Below, in pieces: positions 1 to 10,012 of a DNA stretch of 64,000 nt. A model generated the notes under the pieces. It was not told the origin of the DNA, made no database searches, and worked only from the letters and a program-made list of their open reading frames with translations. Positions within the stretch are counted from its first letter, which is position 1, and each line of letters begins with the position of its first letter. The position numbers and the translations under genes are program-made. This DNA comes from an uncultured Dictyoglomota bacterium (GTDB lineage: Bacteria > Dictyoglomota > Dictyoglomia > Dictyoglomales > Dictyoglomaceae). Where the stretch lies: NCBI GenBank assembly GCA_964654465.1, contig CAZZIO010000040.1, positions 32,001-96,000 on the forward strand. The letters run 5' to 3'.

Positions 1-917
1 ATGCTATTTGTTCTCTTCTTTTCCTTTCTTCCAATTCCTCAAGACGAGCTCTCAAAACCCTTAAAGCCATCTCTTTATTAGCATGCTGTGACCTCTCGTT
101 TTGACATTGAACTACTATACCAGTTGGAATATGGGTTATTCTAACAGCTGATTCAACTTTATTTACATGTTGTCCCCCTGCTCCTCCTGCCCTAAAAGTT
201 TCTATTCTTAAATCTTCAGGTCTTATAACAATATTACTTTCAGGAATTTCAGGAATAACCTCTACTAAAGCAAATGATGTATGTCTTCTATGATTAGCAT
301 CAAAAGGGGAAATCCTTACAAGTCTATGAACCCCTTTCTCCCCCTTAAGATATCCATAAGCTCTCTCACCTTCTATTAACAAAGTAGCACTTTTTATTCC
401 AGCTTCTTCTCCTGGAGATATATCTAATATTTTTACGTTAAAGCCTTTTCTTTCTGCCCATCTTATATACATTCTTAAAAGAATTTCAGTCCAATCTTGA
501 GCATCAGTACCTCCTGTCCCTGCATGTAAAGAAAGAATAGCATTAGCATTATCATGTGGTTCTTTTAGGATTAAATTAATCTCAAAGTTTTTAAGTTTTT
601 CTCCAATTTCCTTTAATTTCCTTTCAAACTCCTCTCTAAATTCATCTCCCTCTTCAATAAGATCTTTCCATTCTTTCAATTCAATAATTTCTTTCTCTAT
701 TGAAAGCCAATCATTTAACTCCTTTTGCAAGTTGTTATATTCACTTAAAAGGGCTTTATTTTTCTCCGGATCATCCCAGCTACTCTTGGCAATTTTATTT
801 TCTAAATCCTTTAATCTTGACTTTATCCTATCTAAGTCAAAGATAACCACCCAATTTATTGAAAGTCTCTAGTATTTCTTCATATGATATTAACAAATCC
901 GCTACAGAAACTCCCAA
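1..917 (-). CDS. prfB: Peptide chain release factor 2, 3' end outside window, with programmed +1 frameshift
   Basis: Manual translation: TTG start at 917 after SD AGGAGG in the secA end; 26 codons (MGVSVADLL...KLGGYL), then CTT TGA C at 842-836. The +1 frame continues DLDRIKSRL...WDDP and contains VRISPFD (RF2 SPF motif, ~300-318) and [11 protein letters not shown] (GGQ, ~162-193). Confidence 0.97.
836..852 (-). other. RF2 programmed +1 ribosomal frameshift site (internal SD-like GGGTGGT, then TAT CTT TGA C)
   Basis: Minus strand reads TTG GGT GGT TAT CTT TGA C, matching the canonical prfB CTT-TGA-C site with an upstream SD-like element. Confidence 0.95.
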
Positions 918-918
918 A

Positions 919-3276
919 TCAACTCCTCCTTCCACGATTTGCTGTTTTTGTTTCTTCAGTAACACGGATATTAAATAAGTATCTTATACTTTCCCAATCA
1001 AAAGTATTTACCATATCTTGGAACATTTGATAAGCCTCTTTTTTATATTCTACTAAAGGATCATGATGAGCAATAGCTCTCAAACCAATACCTTCCCTCA
1101 AAACTTCCATATCATTAAGATGCTCTATCCAGAGTTTATCAATTACATATAAAAGTACTATTCTCTCAATTTCTTTCCAGGTATCTTCTCCAAATTTCAT
1201 CTTTCTCTCTTCATATTTTTCTTTAATTACCTTTTCTAATTTCTCTTTAATAGTCTCAAAATTATCTCCAGCTATAATCTCTTCCCAATTTGATGGTAAA
1301 AATCCGAATACCTCAAGAAACATATTTTTCCAGCTTTCCATTTCCTGAGAAGACATCTGATTAAAGAATCTTTCTAATACTCTATCTAAAATCTTCTGTA
1401 CTATTTCTTCCAAATTATCCATCGTTAATATTTTTCTTCTTTCAGAGTAAACTACTTCTCTTTGTTTATTAAGCACATCATCATACTCTAAAAGTTGTTT
1501 TCTTATTTCAAAATTTAACTTTTCCACCTTAGCTTGGCTATTTTCTATTAATCTCGTAAGTAAAGGAGATTCAATAGGTTGCCCTTTTTCCATTCCCAAT
1601 CTATCCATTAAAGCTTTTATCTGATCTCCTCCAAAAAGTCTTAAAAGATCATCTTCCAATGAAACGTAAAACCTCGAAGAACCGGGATCTCCCTGTCTAC
1701 CTGCACGTCCTCTTAACTGATTATCAATTCTTCTACTTTCATGTCTTTCTGTTCCTATAACATGAAGACCTCCAAGCTCAGCCACTCCTTCCCCTAAAAC
1801 AATATCTGTCCCTCTTCCTGCCATATTTGTAGCAATAGTTACAGCATATTTCTGGCCTGCTTTAGCAATAATTTCAGCTTCCTTTTCGTGGTATTTTGCG
1901 TTTAATACATTGTGGGGAATCCCCTTCTTTTTAAGCATTTTACTTAATCTTTCTGACTTCTCTATAGATGTCGTACCTACAAGCACAGGCCTTCCAATTT
2001 TGTATAACTTTTCAATTTCCTTTACCACAGCCTCAAATTTTTCTTCTTCTGTTTTAAAAACAAGATCAGGATAATTGGTTCTCCTTAAAGGTTTATTCGG
2101 AGGTATAACAACTACCTCTAATCCGTAAATCTTAACAAATTCTTCTTCCTCAGTAGCTGCAGTTCCCGTCATACCAGCTATCTTCTTATACATTCTAAAA
2201 TAATTTTGTATAGAGATAGTTGCTAAAGTAACATTTTCTTCCCTTATTCTTACACCTTCTTTTGCCTCAATAGCTTGATGCAATCCATCACTATATCTTC
2301 TTCCAAACATTAATCTTCCTGTAAATTCGTCAACAATTATCACTTCTCCGTCTTTAACTATATAATCCCTATCTCTATGATAAAAATTAAGAGCCTTTAA
2401 ACACTGAAGAAGAGCATGAGCTAAATCCATATTTTGAAAATCATATAGGTCCTTTACACCTAAAAATTTTTCTGCCTTTCTCAAACCTTCTTCTGTTAAA
2501 GATACTGTTCTTGTTTTCTCATCAGTAGTATAATCTTCATCCTTCTTCAAATATCTTGCAGTTCTAATCGCAAGCTTATATATCCGACTATCTCCCTTAG
2601 CTGGACCTGAAATAATAAGAGGAGTTCTTGCCTCATCTATTAGAATACTATCTACTTCATCAATAATCGCATAGTTTAATTCTCTTTGAACTAAATGATC
2701 AGCTGATAATGCTATATTATCCCTTAAATAATCAAATCCAAACTCATTATTAGTACCATATGTAATATCTGCCAAATAAGCTTTTTTCCTTTCTAAAATT
2801 GGAGTATTATTTTGTAAAAGACCAACTTCCAAACCTAAAAACTCATAAATTGGTCCCATCCAATATCTATCCCTTTTAGCCAAATAATCATTAACTGTTA
2901 CTATATGTACTCCTTTTCCCTCTAAGGCGTTCAAATAGGCAGGAAGAGTTGCTACCAGAGTTTTACCCTCTCCCGTTTGCATTTCAGCTATTTTTCCTTG
3001 ATGTAGAACAATACCACCCATTAGTTGTACATCAAAGTGTCTCATCCCAAGAGTTCTTTTTGCTACCTCTCTTACTACTGCAAAGGATTCTACTAATAAA
3101 TCATCAAGGGTAGCACCCCTTTCTAATCTCTGTTTAAACTCTGATGTTTTTCTTTTTAGTTCATCGTCAGATAATTTACTTATCTCAGGTTCTAAAGCGT
3201 TAATTTTCTTTACGTATTCTTCTAATCTTTTTAAAGTTCTTGAATTGGAATCAAATAATTTAGATAGTAATCCCAT
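919..3276 (-). CDS. secA: Preprotein translocase subunit SecA
   Basis: MQTGEGKT Walker [51 protein letters not shown]. Confidence 0.99.
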   Translation of the reverse strand: MGLLSKLFDSNSRTLKRLEEYVKKINALEPEISKLSDDELKRKTSEFKQRLERGATLDDLLVESFAVVREVAKRTLGMRHFDVQLMGGIVLHQGKIAEMQTGEGKTLVATLPAYLNALEGKGVHIVTVNDYLAKRDRYWMGPIYEFLGLEVGLLQNNTPILERKKAYLADITYGTNNEFGFDYLRDNIALSADHLVQRELNYAIIDEVDSILIDEARTPLIISGPAKGDSRIYKLAIRTARYLKKDEDYTTDEKTRTVSLTEEGLRKAEKFLGVKDLYDFQNMDLAHALLQCLKALNFYHRDRDYIVKDGEVIIVDEFTGRLMFGRRYSDGLHQAIEAKEGVRIREENVTLATISIQNYFRMYKKIAGMTGTAATEEEEFVKIYGLEVVVIPPNKPLRRTNYPDLVFKTEEEKFEAVVKEIEKLYKIGRPVLVGTTSIEKSERLSKMLKKKGIPHNVLNAKYHEKEAEIIAKAGQKYAVTIATNMAGRGTDIVLGEGVAELGGLHVIGTERHESRRIDNQLRGRAGRQGDPGSSRFYVSLEDDLLRLFGGDQIKALMDRLGMEKGQPIESPLLTRLIENSQAKVEKLNFEIRKQLLEYDDVLNKQREVVYSERRKILTMDNLEEIVQKILDRVLERFFNQMSSQEMESWKNMFLEVFGFLPSNWEEIIAGDNFETIKEKLEKVIKEKYEERKMKFGEDTWKEIERIVLLYVIDKLWIEHLNDMEVLREGIGLRAIAHHDPLVEYKKEAYQMFQDMVNTFDWESIRYLFNIRVTEETKTANRGRRS

Positions 3277-3285
3277 ATTATTTAC

Positions 3286-3828
3286 TTATTCTCCTTCGTC
3301 CGTAATAATTAATCCATAATTTCCATCTTTTCTTCTATATAAAATAGAAGTTTTATAAGTATCTGCATCTATGAAAACAAAGAAATCATGACCTAAAAGT
3401 TCCATTTGCAATATGGCTTCTTCTATATCCATAGGTTTCAATGAAAATCTTTTAACTTTAACAACCTTTTTCTCTCCTTCATCTTCCTCTTTTGTAAACA
3501 TTTCAGTCAAAGAAGGAGCCCTCTTTTCTCTGTCTATCATTTTTTCTTTATATTTTTTAAGTTGTTTTTCCAATTTATCAATTACCAAATCTATACTACT
3601 TCTAAAATCTTGATTGGCCTCTGATGCTCTTATTATCTTTCCATTTGCCCTAATAGTAACTTCTACTCTATGAGCTCGACTACCATCTTTCCAATCTTCT
3701 TCCGAAAAGATAACCTCTATATTTTCAATATTATCAAAAAAGCGAGATAGTTTTGAAAGTTTTTTCTCAGCATATTCTTGCAAATTAGGAGAAATAGACA
3801 CATTTTTACTTGAAAAGTTAATCTGCAT
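3286..3828 (-). CDS. hpf: Ribosome hibernation promoting factor, long form
   Basis: N-terminal RaiA domain plus C-terminal KPMDIEEAILQMELLGHDFFVF...YRRKDGNYGLI; comF-hpf-secA synteny. Confidence 0.95.
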   Translation of the reverse strand: MQINFSSKNVSISPNLQEYAEKKLSKLSRFFDNIENIEVIFSEEDWKDGSRAHRVEVTIRANGKIIRASEANQDFRSSIDLVIDKLEKQLKKYKEKMIDREKRAPSLTEMFTKEEDEGEKKVVKVKRFSLKPMDIEEAILQMELLGHDFFVFIDADTYKTSILYRRKDGNYGLIITDEGE

Positions 3829-3849
3829 AATCCAACCTCCTTGAAAATT

Positions 3850-4551
3850 TTATAAAAGAGCTCTTACAGCTACAAATACATAAATCTTATCCAAAATTTT
3901 TATATTGTTTTTTAAGGTATAAGCACACTCCTTTATTGTAGATCCAGTAGTATAGACGTCATCTACAATCAAAATATTTCTATAATGCAAATATTTTACC
4001 TCTTCTACTAAACCAAATGCTCCTTTAACATTTTCCTTCCTTTCCTTTAAACTAAGTGTTTTTTGTGGTTTTACCTCCTTATTTAATGACAAAAGAGAAC
4101 CATATGGTTTTTTAAGACTTTTACTTAAAAAATACGCTAAATATTCTGATTGGTTATAACCCCTCTCCACAAGTCTTTTATTACTCAATGGTACATAGGT
4201 GAGAAAATCAATGTCCCATTTCTTACTTAAGATTTTATCCTTAGCAAGATCTGCTATAAATTTAGCCACATTAGGTTTATTTCTAAATTTGAGGTTCTTA
4301 ATTACTGTTTCCCACATATCATCATAATATCCTAAAAATTCAAATCCGCTCCATATAGGGCTCTCTTTAGTACAATTATAACAGATTTCTGAAATACCTG
4401 TAAGAGGTCTTCCGCAAAACCTACAATATTTATTAGGAATTTTGAATTTACTAAAACATTCTGGACAAACATAACCTAATCCATATCTACCACAAAAAAT
4501 ACATCTTGAGGGAAATATTATATCTAAAATAAAGTCTAAATAATGTCTCAT
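3850..4551 (-). CDS. comF: ComF family protein (zinc ribbon plus PRTase-like domain)
   Basis: N-terminal CxxC motifs, RGYNQS, IVDDVYTTGST; lies upstream of hpf. Confidence 0.9.
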   Translation of the reverse strand: MRHYLDFILDIIFPSRCIFCGRYGLGYVCPECFSKFKIPNKYCRFCGRPLTGISEICYNCTKESPIWSGFEFLGYYDDMWETVIKNLKFRNKPNVAKFIADLAKDKILSKKWDIDFLTYVPLSNKRLVERGYNQSEYLAYFLSKSLKKPYGSLLSLNKEVKPQKTLSLKERKENVKGAFGLVEEVKYLHYRNILIVDDVYTTGSTIKECAYTLKNNIKILDKIYVFVAVRALL

Positions 4552-5702
4552 GAATGGTATGGATTAAATTCTTCTGGAAGAGAGGAGCTAAATCCGAAAT
4601 AATAAAGAAGAATATCTCTTATTCTTTCACTTGCCTTTCCGTCACCATAAGGATTTAGAGCTCTTGCCATTTTATTATACTCGTCTTCATCAATTAATAA
4701 TTTACTTACCTCTTCCACTATTCTTTTTCTCTCAGTTCCTATTATCTTCACTGTACCTGCCTCAACTGCCTCAGGTCTCTCAGTAACCTCCCTTAAAACT
4801 AATACAGGTTTTCCTAAGGATGGAGCCTCCTCTTGAAGACCCCCCGAATCTGTAAGAACTAAGTTGCAATTTGCTATTAGATATACCATTGTTACATAAT
4901 CAACAGGAGATATAAGAATAGCTCTCCTCTCATTACCTAATATGGAATTTACAGTTTCTCTTATAATAGGATTTGGGTGTACAGGATAAACTATGTAAAG
5001 ATCTTCAAATTCACTCAAGATTTCTTTTAATGCTAAGGCAACGTTTTCCAAAGGTTTTCCCCAGTTTTCTCTTCTATGAGAAGTAACTAAAATATATTTC
5101 CCTTTGGGAACTTCTTCAGGAAGTTTAACCTCAAATTTTTCAAGGTTGTTATATACAAATAAAAGAGCATCAATCACTGTATTACCAGTTACAAAAATAT
5201 TGTTAGATGGTACATTTTCTTTTAATAAATTTTCTTTTGCTTTCTTTGTTGGAGCAAAATGTAAATCAGAAAGTACACCTGTAAGATGTCTATTCATCTC
5301 CTCAGGATACGGTTGATATTTATCATAAGTTCTTAAACCAGATTCTACATGTCCAATGGATATCTTCTTATAAAAAGCAGCTAAACTGGCTGCAAAGGTT
5401 GTAGTCGTATCTCCATGTACCAATACCATATCAGGAGAATCTTTTTGCCATATTACATCTAATCCCTCAAGTACCTTTACGGTTATTTGAGTAAGGGTTT
5501 GTTTTTCCTGCATTATATTTAAATCGTAATCAGAATTTAATTTAAAGATTTCCATAACTTGATCTAATAGCTCTCTGTGTTGTGCAGTAAGGATAATCTG
5601 AAGTTCAAAAAACTCAACATTCCTTAAGGCATATGCTACAGGAGCCATTTTTATAGCTTCTGGTCTTGTACCAAATACTAATGCAATACGCTTTTTATCC
5701 AT
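4548..5702 (-). CDS. wecB: UDP-N-acetylglucosamine 2-epimerase (non-hydrolysing)
   Basis: FGTRPEAIKMAP, HGDTTT, GHVESGLR, TDSGGLQEEAP, NPYGDG. Confidence 0.97.
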   Translation of the reverse strand: MDKKRIALVFGTRPEAIKMAPVAYALRNVEFFELQIILTAQHRELLDQVMEIFKLNSDYDLNIMQEKQTLTQITVKVLEGLDVIWQKDSPDMVLVHGDTTTTFAASLAAFYKKISIGHVESGLRTYDKYQPYPEEMNRHLTGVLSDLHFAPTKKAKENLLKENVPSNNIFVTGNTVIDALLFVYNNLEKFEVKLPEEVPKGKYILVTSHRRENWGKPLENVALALKEILSEFEDLYIVYPVHPNPIIRETVNSILGNERRAILISPVDYVTMVYLIANCNLVLTDSGGLQEEAPSLGKPVLVLREVTERPEAVEAGTVKIIGTERKRIVEEVSKLLIDEDEYNKMARALNPYGDGKASERIRDILLYYFGFSSSLPEEFNPYHS

Positions 5703-6594
5703 TAGTTTTCTCCATGTTGTATTTTTTATAATATCCTATTATTTTATAAATAAGTCTCGCTGCTATATAATCTGCATAGTTAAGCCCAGGAATAGGAGAA
5801 AATTCTACGAAATCTACTCCTATTACTTTTTTATTTTTAAATATTTCCCTTAAAATACTCAGCACTTCATACCAAGATAATCCACCAGGCTCAGGTGTAC
5901 CTGTAGCTGGCATTTCAGAAGGATTAAACACATCAAAATCAAAGGTAATATAAACATTTTCATTTTCAATGCTCGTTAATATATCTTCAATCACCATATT
6001 AAAATCCTTTGTATGAATTTTAAAATCCCAAAAAACCTTAATATTTGCTTTCTTTTTAATATATTCTCTTTCTCCTTCACTTAAACTTCTTATACCTACC
6101 TGAACAATATTAAGCCTCTCTGAAGCTTCTCTCAGTGCACACGCATGACTATCTTCAGTACCTTCATACTCTTCCCTAAGATCTGAATGTGCGTCGAAAT
6201 GAAGAACAGAAAAATTATAACCCATACTTAGATAAGCTCTTAAAATTCCTTTTGTTATCGTATGTTCACCACCTAAAAATATGGGAAATTTATTCTTTTC
6301 AAGAATATCTTTTACTATTATCTCAATATTTAACAAACTCTTCTTTAAGTCTCCTAAAGGAAGAAAAAAATCAGGAAAAGTAAAGATACCTATTTTAGCA
6401 GGTATATCGTCAATCTCTTCATCATATAATTCAATATTGTAGGAAGCTAACAAAATGGACAGGGGACCCTCACGGGTCCCCTTTTTATATGTGGTTGTAA
6501 CTTCCAAAGGAAAAGGAACAATAACAACTCTTGAATTTTCGATAGTAAAAGACGAAAGTCCACCAAAGGAAGGAAGGGGTCTATACTGATCCAT
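5695..6594 (-). CDS. speB: Agmatinase / ureohydrolase (possibly N1-aminopropylagmatine ureohydrolase)
   Basis: GGEHT, HFDAHSD, DFDVF, ATGTPEPGG ureohydrolase metal motifs. Confidence 0.92.
   Translation of the reverse strand: MDQYRPLPSFGGLSSFTIENSRVVIVPFPLEVTTTYKKGTREGPLSILLASYNIELYDEEIDDIPAKIGIFTFPDFFLPLGDLKKSLLNIEIIVKDILEKNKFPIFLGGEHTITKGILRAYLSMGYNFSVLHFDAHSDLREEYEGTEDSHACALREASERLNIVQVGIRSLSEGEREYIKKKANIKVFWDFKIHTKDFNMVIEDILTSIENENVYITFDFDVFNPSEMPATGTPEPGGLSWYEVLSILREIFKNKKVIGVDFVEFSPIPGLNYADYIAARLIYKIIGYYKKYNMEKTNG
6461..6486. other. Perfect GC-rich hairpin inside speB (GNRA loop on the mRNA strand; terminator-like on the + strand)
   Basis: + strand AGGGGACCC-TCAC-GGGTCCCCT-TTTT; - strand AGGGGACCC-GTGA-GGGTCCCCT. 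Confidence 0.6.
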
Positions 6595-6982
6595 TTTTTC
6601 CTCTTTTTAAGAGATTGACCGGAAAATCTCTGCCTCTTACCAATATTTCCCAATCAGATCTTTCAGGTAAAAGTTTTTCTTCAAGTATTTCTTTAGCCTT
6701 ATCAATATTGAAGGTTTTGCACGAAAAGATATCAACACTCGCATAGTTTAAATCTGGCCATGTATGTATTGCAATGTGGCTTTCTGCAATAAGCACCACT
6801 CCTGAGATACCCCAATCTAAAGGATCATCCTCGGGTACATATCTCATTACATATGGTGGCATAATCTTTTGCATGCCTATCATATCAGGCAGTTCATCTA
6901 AAAGATCATAGATATATTGTACATCTTCCAACTTTTCCTTAGGACACCCATATAAGTCTAAAACTAAATGCGGTCCTAACAT
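6581..6982 (-). CDS. Pyruvoyl-dependent S-adenosylmethionine decarboxylase family proenzyme; probable arginine decarboxylase paralog
   Basis: GISGVVLIAESHIAIHTWP self-cleavage motif and DIFSC; overlaps the agmatinase start; a second paralog sits next to speE. Confidence 0.85.
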   Translation of the reverse strand: MLGPHLVLDLYGCPKEKLEDVQYIYDLLDELPDMIGMQKIMPPYVMRYVPEDDPLDWGISGVVLIAESHIAIHTWPDLNYASVDIFSCKTFNIDKAKEILEEKLLPERSDWEILVRGRDFPVNLLKRGKNGSV

Positions 6983-7027
6983 CTCCTCTTCCTTTTACCC
7001 CTTTCCTCAAAATTTTGTTCAACGCTA

Positions 7028-7056
7028 AATATAATACAATCAACCCCCTATGTCAA
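7028..7056 (-). promoter_or_regulatory. Sigma70-type promoter for the AdoMetDC paralog-speB-wecB run
   Basis: TTGACA (7056-7051), 17 nt, TATATT (7033-7028). Confidence 0.7.
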
Positions 7057-7083
7057 TAATTTTTGAAAATTTTTTTGTGAAAA

Positions 7084-8337
7084 TCACATATCTTCTACTT
7101 CTAAGGCAATATCTTTCCTATAATACATATTCTCAAAAAAGATATTTTGGATATTTTTATAAACCTTCTCCCTCGCCTCCTTAAAGGATTTACCTAAACC
7201 TACCACATTTAATACTCTTCCACCAGAAGTAACCAATTTACCATTCCTAAAGGAAGTTCCTGCATGAAAAATTATTGTCTCTTTTGTCTCCTTTACACTA
7301 ATTTCTTTACCGACTTCATACCTTTCTGGATATCCTTTAGATGCAAGTACAACACATACAGCTTTTTTTTCGGAATATTCATACTCATTATATGTTTTGA
7401 TATTTTTACCATCTTTAAGATCCAATAAAGAAAAACCAATAATAGGAAGAATAACTTGAGCCTCTGGGTCTCCAAGTCTAACATTAAATTCTAAAACATA
7501 TGGTTCGTTATTAACCAAAATCAATCCTCCATAAAGAAAACCCTCATATTTTAAATTATTCTTTTCAAGTTCAGATAATAATGGCTTAAATATCAATTTT
7601 AAAGATTTCTCTATTAAACTACTATCAATCCATGGTACAGGAGCAAAAGAGCCCATACCTCCAGTATTAGGACCAGTGTTTCCTTCTCCCACTCTTTTAT
7701 AGTCTTGAGCTGGTGGAAGTACATAGATTTCCCCGTCTTTAATAGCTACAATGAGAGAAAATTCTTTACCTTCAAGGAATTTTTCAATCACTACTCTCCT
7801 TCCAGCTTCTCCTAAAATACCTTCCTTTAATAACTTACCCAAGACTTCTACAGCCTCATTTTGAGAGTTAACAATAAAAACACCTTTACCAGCAGCCAAA
7901 CCATCAGCCTTAATTACTAAAGGATAATGCTCCTTTTCCACGAAACTTTTAGCAGATTCAAAATCATCAAATATCTTAAAATCTGCAGTAGGTATTTTTG
8001 CTTTCTCCATAATTTTCTTAGCAAAAGCCTTGCTTGCCTCTAGCATTGCTAGATTTTTAATTGGTCCCCATATACTTAAACCCTCCTCTAAAAATCTATC
8101 TACAATACCCATAGAAAGAGGCATTTCAGGTCCTACAATAGTCCAATCAATTCTATTTTCTTTAGCAAAACTTACAATTTCATTTATATTTTCAGATTTT
8201 ATAGGTACGCATTCCGCAAAACTACTGATACCAGCATTCCCAGGAAGAGCATAAATTTTTTCAACCCTTTTATCTTGGGATAATTTCCAACATATAGCAT
8301 GCTCTCTCCCACCACTTCCAATAACCATCACTTTCAT
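7084..8337 (-). CDS. purD: Phosphoribosylamine--glycine ligase
   Basis: GSGGREHA, KADGLAAGKGV, GPNTGGMG, EFNVRLGDPE. Confidence 0.98.
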   Translation of the reverse strand: MKVMVIGSGGREHAICWKLSQDKRVEKIYALPGNAGISSFAECVPIKSENINEIVSFAKENRIDWTIVGPEMPLSMGIVDRFLEEGLSIWGPIKNLAMLEASKAFAKKIMEKAKIPTADFKIFDDFESAKSFVEKEHYPLVIKADGLAAGKGVFIVNSQNEAVEVLGKLLKEGILGEAGRRVVIEKFLEGKEFSLIVAIKDGEIYVLPPAQDYKRVGEGNTGPNTGGMGSFAPVPWIDSSLIEKSLKLIFKPLLSELEKNNLKYEGFLYGGLILVNNEPYVLEFNVRLGDPEAQVILPIIGFSLLDLKDGKNIKTYNEYEYSEKKAVCVVLASKGYPERYEVGKEISVKETKETIIFHAGTSFRNGKLVTSGGRVLNVVGLGKSFKEAREKVYKNIQNIFFENMYYRKDIALEVEDM

Positions 8338-8963
8338 ATATTCTCAGCCCCCTTCTTCTTAAATACTACTCTTCTTCCTATTATCTTGTATTCTTCGGTT
8401 AGAATTTTTTTGACAGATTCTACTATTAACTTATGTTCTTCCTGCAATATTCTTTCAGCCAAAGTCTCTGGAGTATCATCATCATAGACAGGTACTGCTC
8501 TCTGACCTATTATTGGACCTGAATCTATACCCTCATCCACAAAATGAACAGTACATCCGCTTATTTTCACTCCATATTCCAATGCCTTTTTTTGAGCTTC
8601 CAATCCTGGAAAGGAGGGAAGAAGAGATGGATGGATATTAATAATTTTCCATGGAAAAGCATCAAGAAGGGTTTTACCTATAATCTTCATATATCCCGCC
8701 AATACTACTAAATCTACTTTATATTCAAGAAGAATTTCTCTTATTTTTTCCTCATATTCCCTTTTGGATCTGTAATCTTCTCTTTTTACAACATAAACGG
8801 GAATATTCTCCTTTTTTGCCCTCTCAATAGCATAAGCTTCTCTTTTATTACTAATAACAACTACTACCTTCGCTGGATAATCATCTTTTTTTGAAGCATC
8901 AATAAGAGCTTGTAAGTTTGAACCCCTACCTGAGACTAGAACTCCAAGTCTTTTCTTTTCCAT
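8334..8963 (-). CDS. purN: Phosphoribosylglycinamide formyltransferase
   Basis: SGRGSNLQA, LAGYM, NIHPSLLP, GCTVHFVDEGIDSGPII. Confidence 0.98.
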   Translation of the reverse strand: MEKKRLGVLVSGRGSNLQALIDASKKDDYPAKVVVVISNKREAYAIERAKKENIPVYVVKREDYRSKREYEEKIREILLEYKVDLVVLAGYMKIIGKTLLDAFPWKIINIHPSLLPSFPGLEAQKKALEYGVKISGCTVHFVDEGIDSGPIIGQRAVPVYDDDTPETLAERILQEEHKLIVESVKKILTEEYKIIGRRVVFKKKGAENI

Positions 8964-10012
8964 TCAATTTTTACGCCACCTTTCCCAGATTTTAATGATC
9001 CTATAATATAGCTCTTTTCTCCCATAGAATCTAAATCTTCCAATATCTTTTCTTCATTATCAGAAACCACAAGAATTAAGCCAATCCCCATATTGAAAAC
9101 TCTAAAAGCCTCCTTTATACTTATATTCCCTTTCTTTATAAAAAATTTAAATATCCATGGAATTTCCCAAGAAGATTCAACAATAGCGGTTAAATTATCT
9201 GGAATAATTCTTGGTAGATTACCCACAATTCCCCCACCCGTTATATGAGCAATGCCAAGAATATTTTCTCGATATCTCTCTAAGAGAGGCAAAATTTTAG
9301 GGGAATATATTTTCGTCGGTCTTAATAACTCCTCTAACAGATTATGTCCGTCTATATCTTTCTTCAAAGATATTTTCTTCTTTCTCAAAATATACCTTAT
9401 TAAAGAATAACCATTACTATGAAATCCGGAAGATGTGACCCCAATTAAAATATTACCATCCTTCATTTTATCTTTTTTAGGAAGCAAATTATCTTTTTCT
9501 ACAATTCCAAGTACAAAACCTACCAAATCAATCTCCTTACCCCTATATATACCCGGCATTTCAGCAGTTTCTCCACCAACCAAACTACAATTTGCTTCCT
9601 TGCAAGCTAAAGAAATACTCTTCAAAATTTCTTTATAGACATCTGGATCAATTTTTGATCCACCAAAATAATCTAAAAAGGCTAAAGGCTTACCGCCAGA
9701 GGTTAGAATATCATTAACATTCATAGCTACTAAATCAAAACCTATACCTGAAAACTTACGATATTTAACTGCAAGACTCAACTTAGTTCCCACTCCGTCA
9801 GTACTAAGTAAGAATAAAGGATTCTTAAATAGCTTAAAATCCAATTCTAAAATACTGGAAAAACCGTTCCAATAAGGTAATACATATGCCTGATGGGTAG
9901 ATTCAATATCCTTTCTAACCTCTTGTAATGCTCTTTCTACCTTAGAAATATTAACACCACTTAGACTATAAGTAATTTTTTTTCTTTTTTTACTATTTTT
10001 CTTCCAAAACAT
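8936..10012 (-). CDS. purM: Phosphoribosylformylglycinamidine cyclo-ligase (AIR synthetase)
   Basis: STDGVGTK, DLVAMNVND, GGETAEMPG, GFHSNGYS, HITGGG, FNMGIG. Start uncertain (ATG 10012 or TTG 10021); overlaps the purF end. Confidence 0.96.
   Translation of the reverse strand: MFWKKNSKKRKKITYSLSGVNISKVERALQEVRKDIESTHQAYVLPYWNGFSSILELDFKLFKNPLFLLSTDGVGTKLSLAVKYRKFSGIGFDLVAMNVNDILTSGGKPLAFLDYFGGSKIDPDVYKEILKSISLACKEANCSLVGGETAEMPGIYRGKEIDLVGFVLGIVEKDNLLPKKDKMKDGNILIGVTSSGFHSNGYSLIRYILRKKKISLKKDIDGHNLLEELLRPTKIYSPKILPLLERYRENILGIAHITGGGIVGNLPRIIPDNLTAIVESSWEIPWIFKFFIKKGNISIKEAFRVFNMGIGLILVVSDNEEKILEDLDSMGEKSYIIGSLKSGKGGVKIEWKRKDLEF

Noticed and set aside
919-3276. Short SecA (785 aa) as a possible accessory SecA2 or truncation
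   Set aside because: All core motifs are present in the canonical hpf-secA-prfB context; loss of the C-terminal zinc tail is common.
6998-7018. AAAATTTT(T)GAG-AAAGG shared by the leaders of both speD-like genes (also about 48250-48268)
   Set aside because: Similar AAAATTTT tracts precede SDs of unrelated genes (hpf, hppA), so it is probably a generic AT-rich translation enhancer rather than a polyamine operator.
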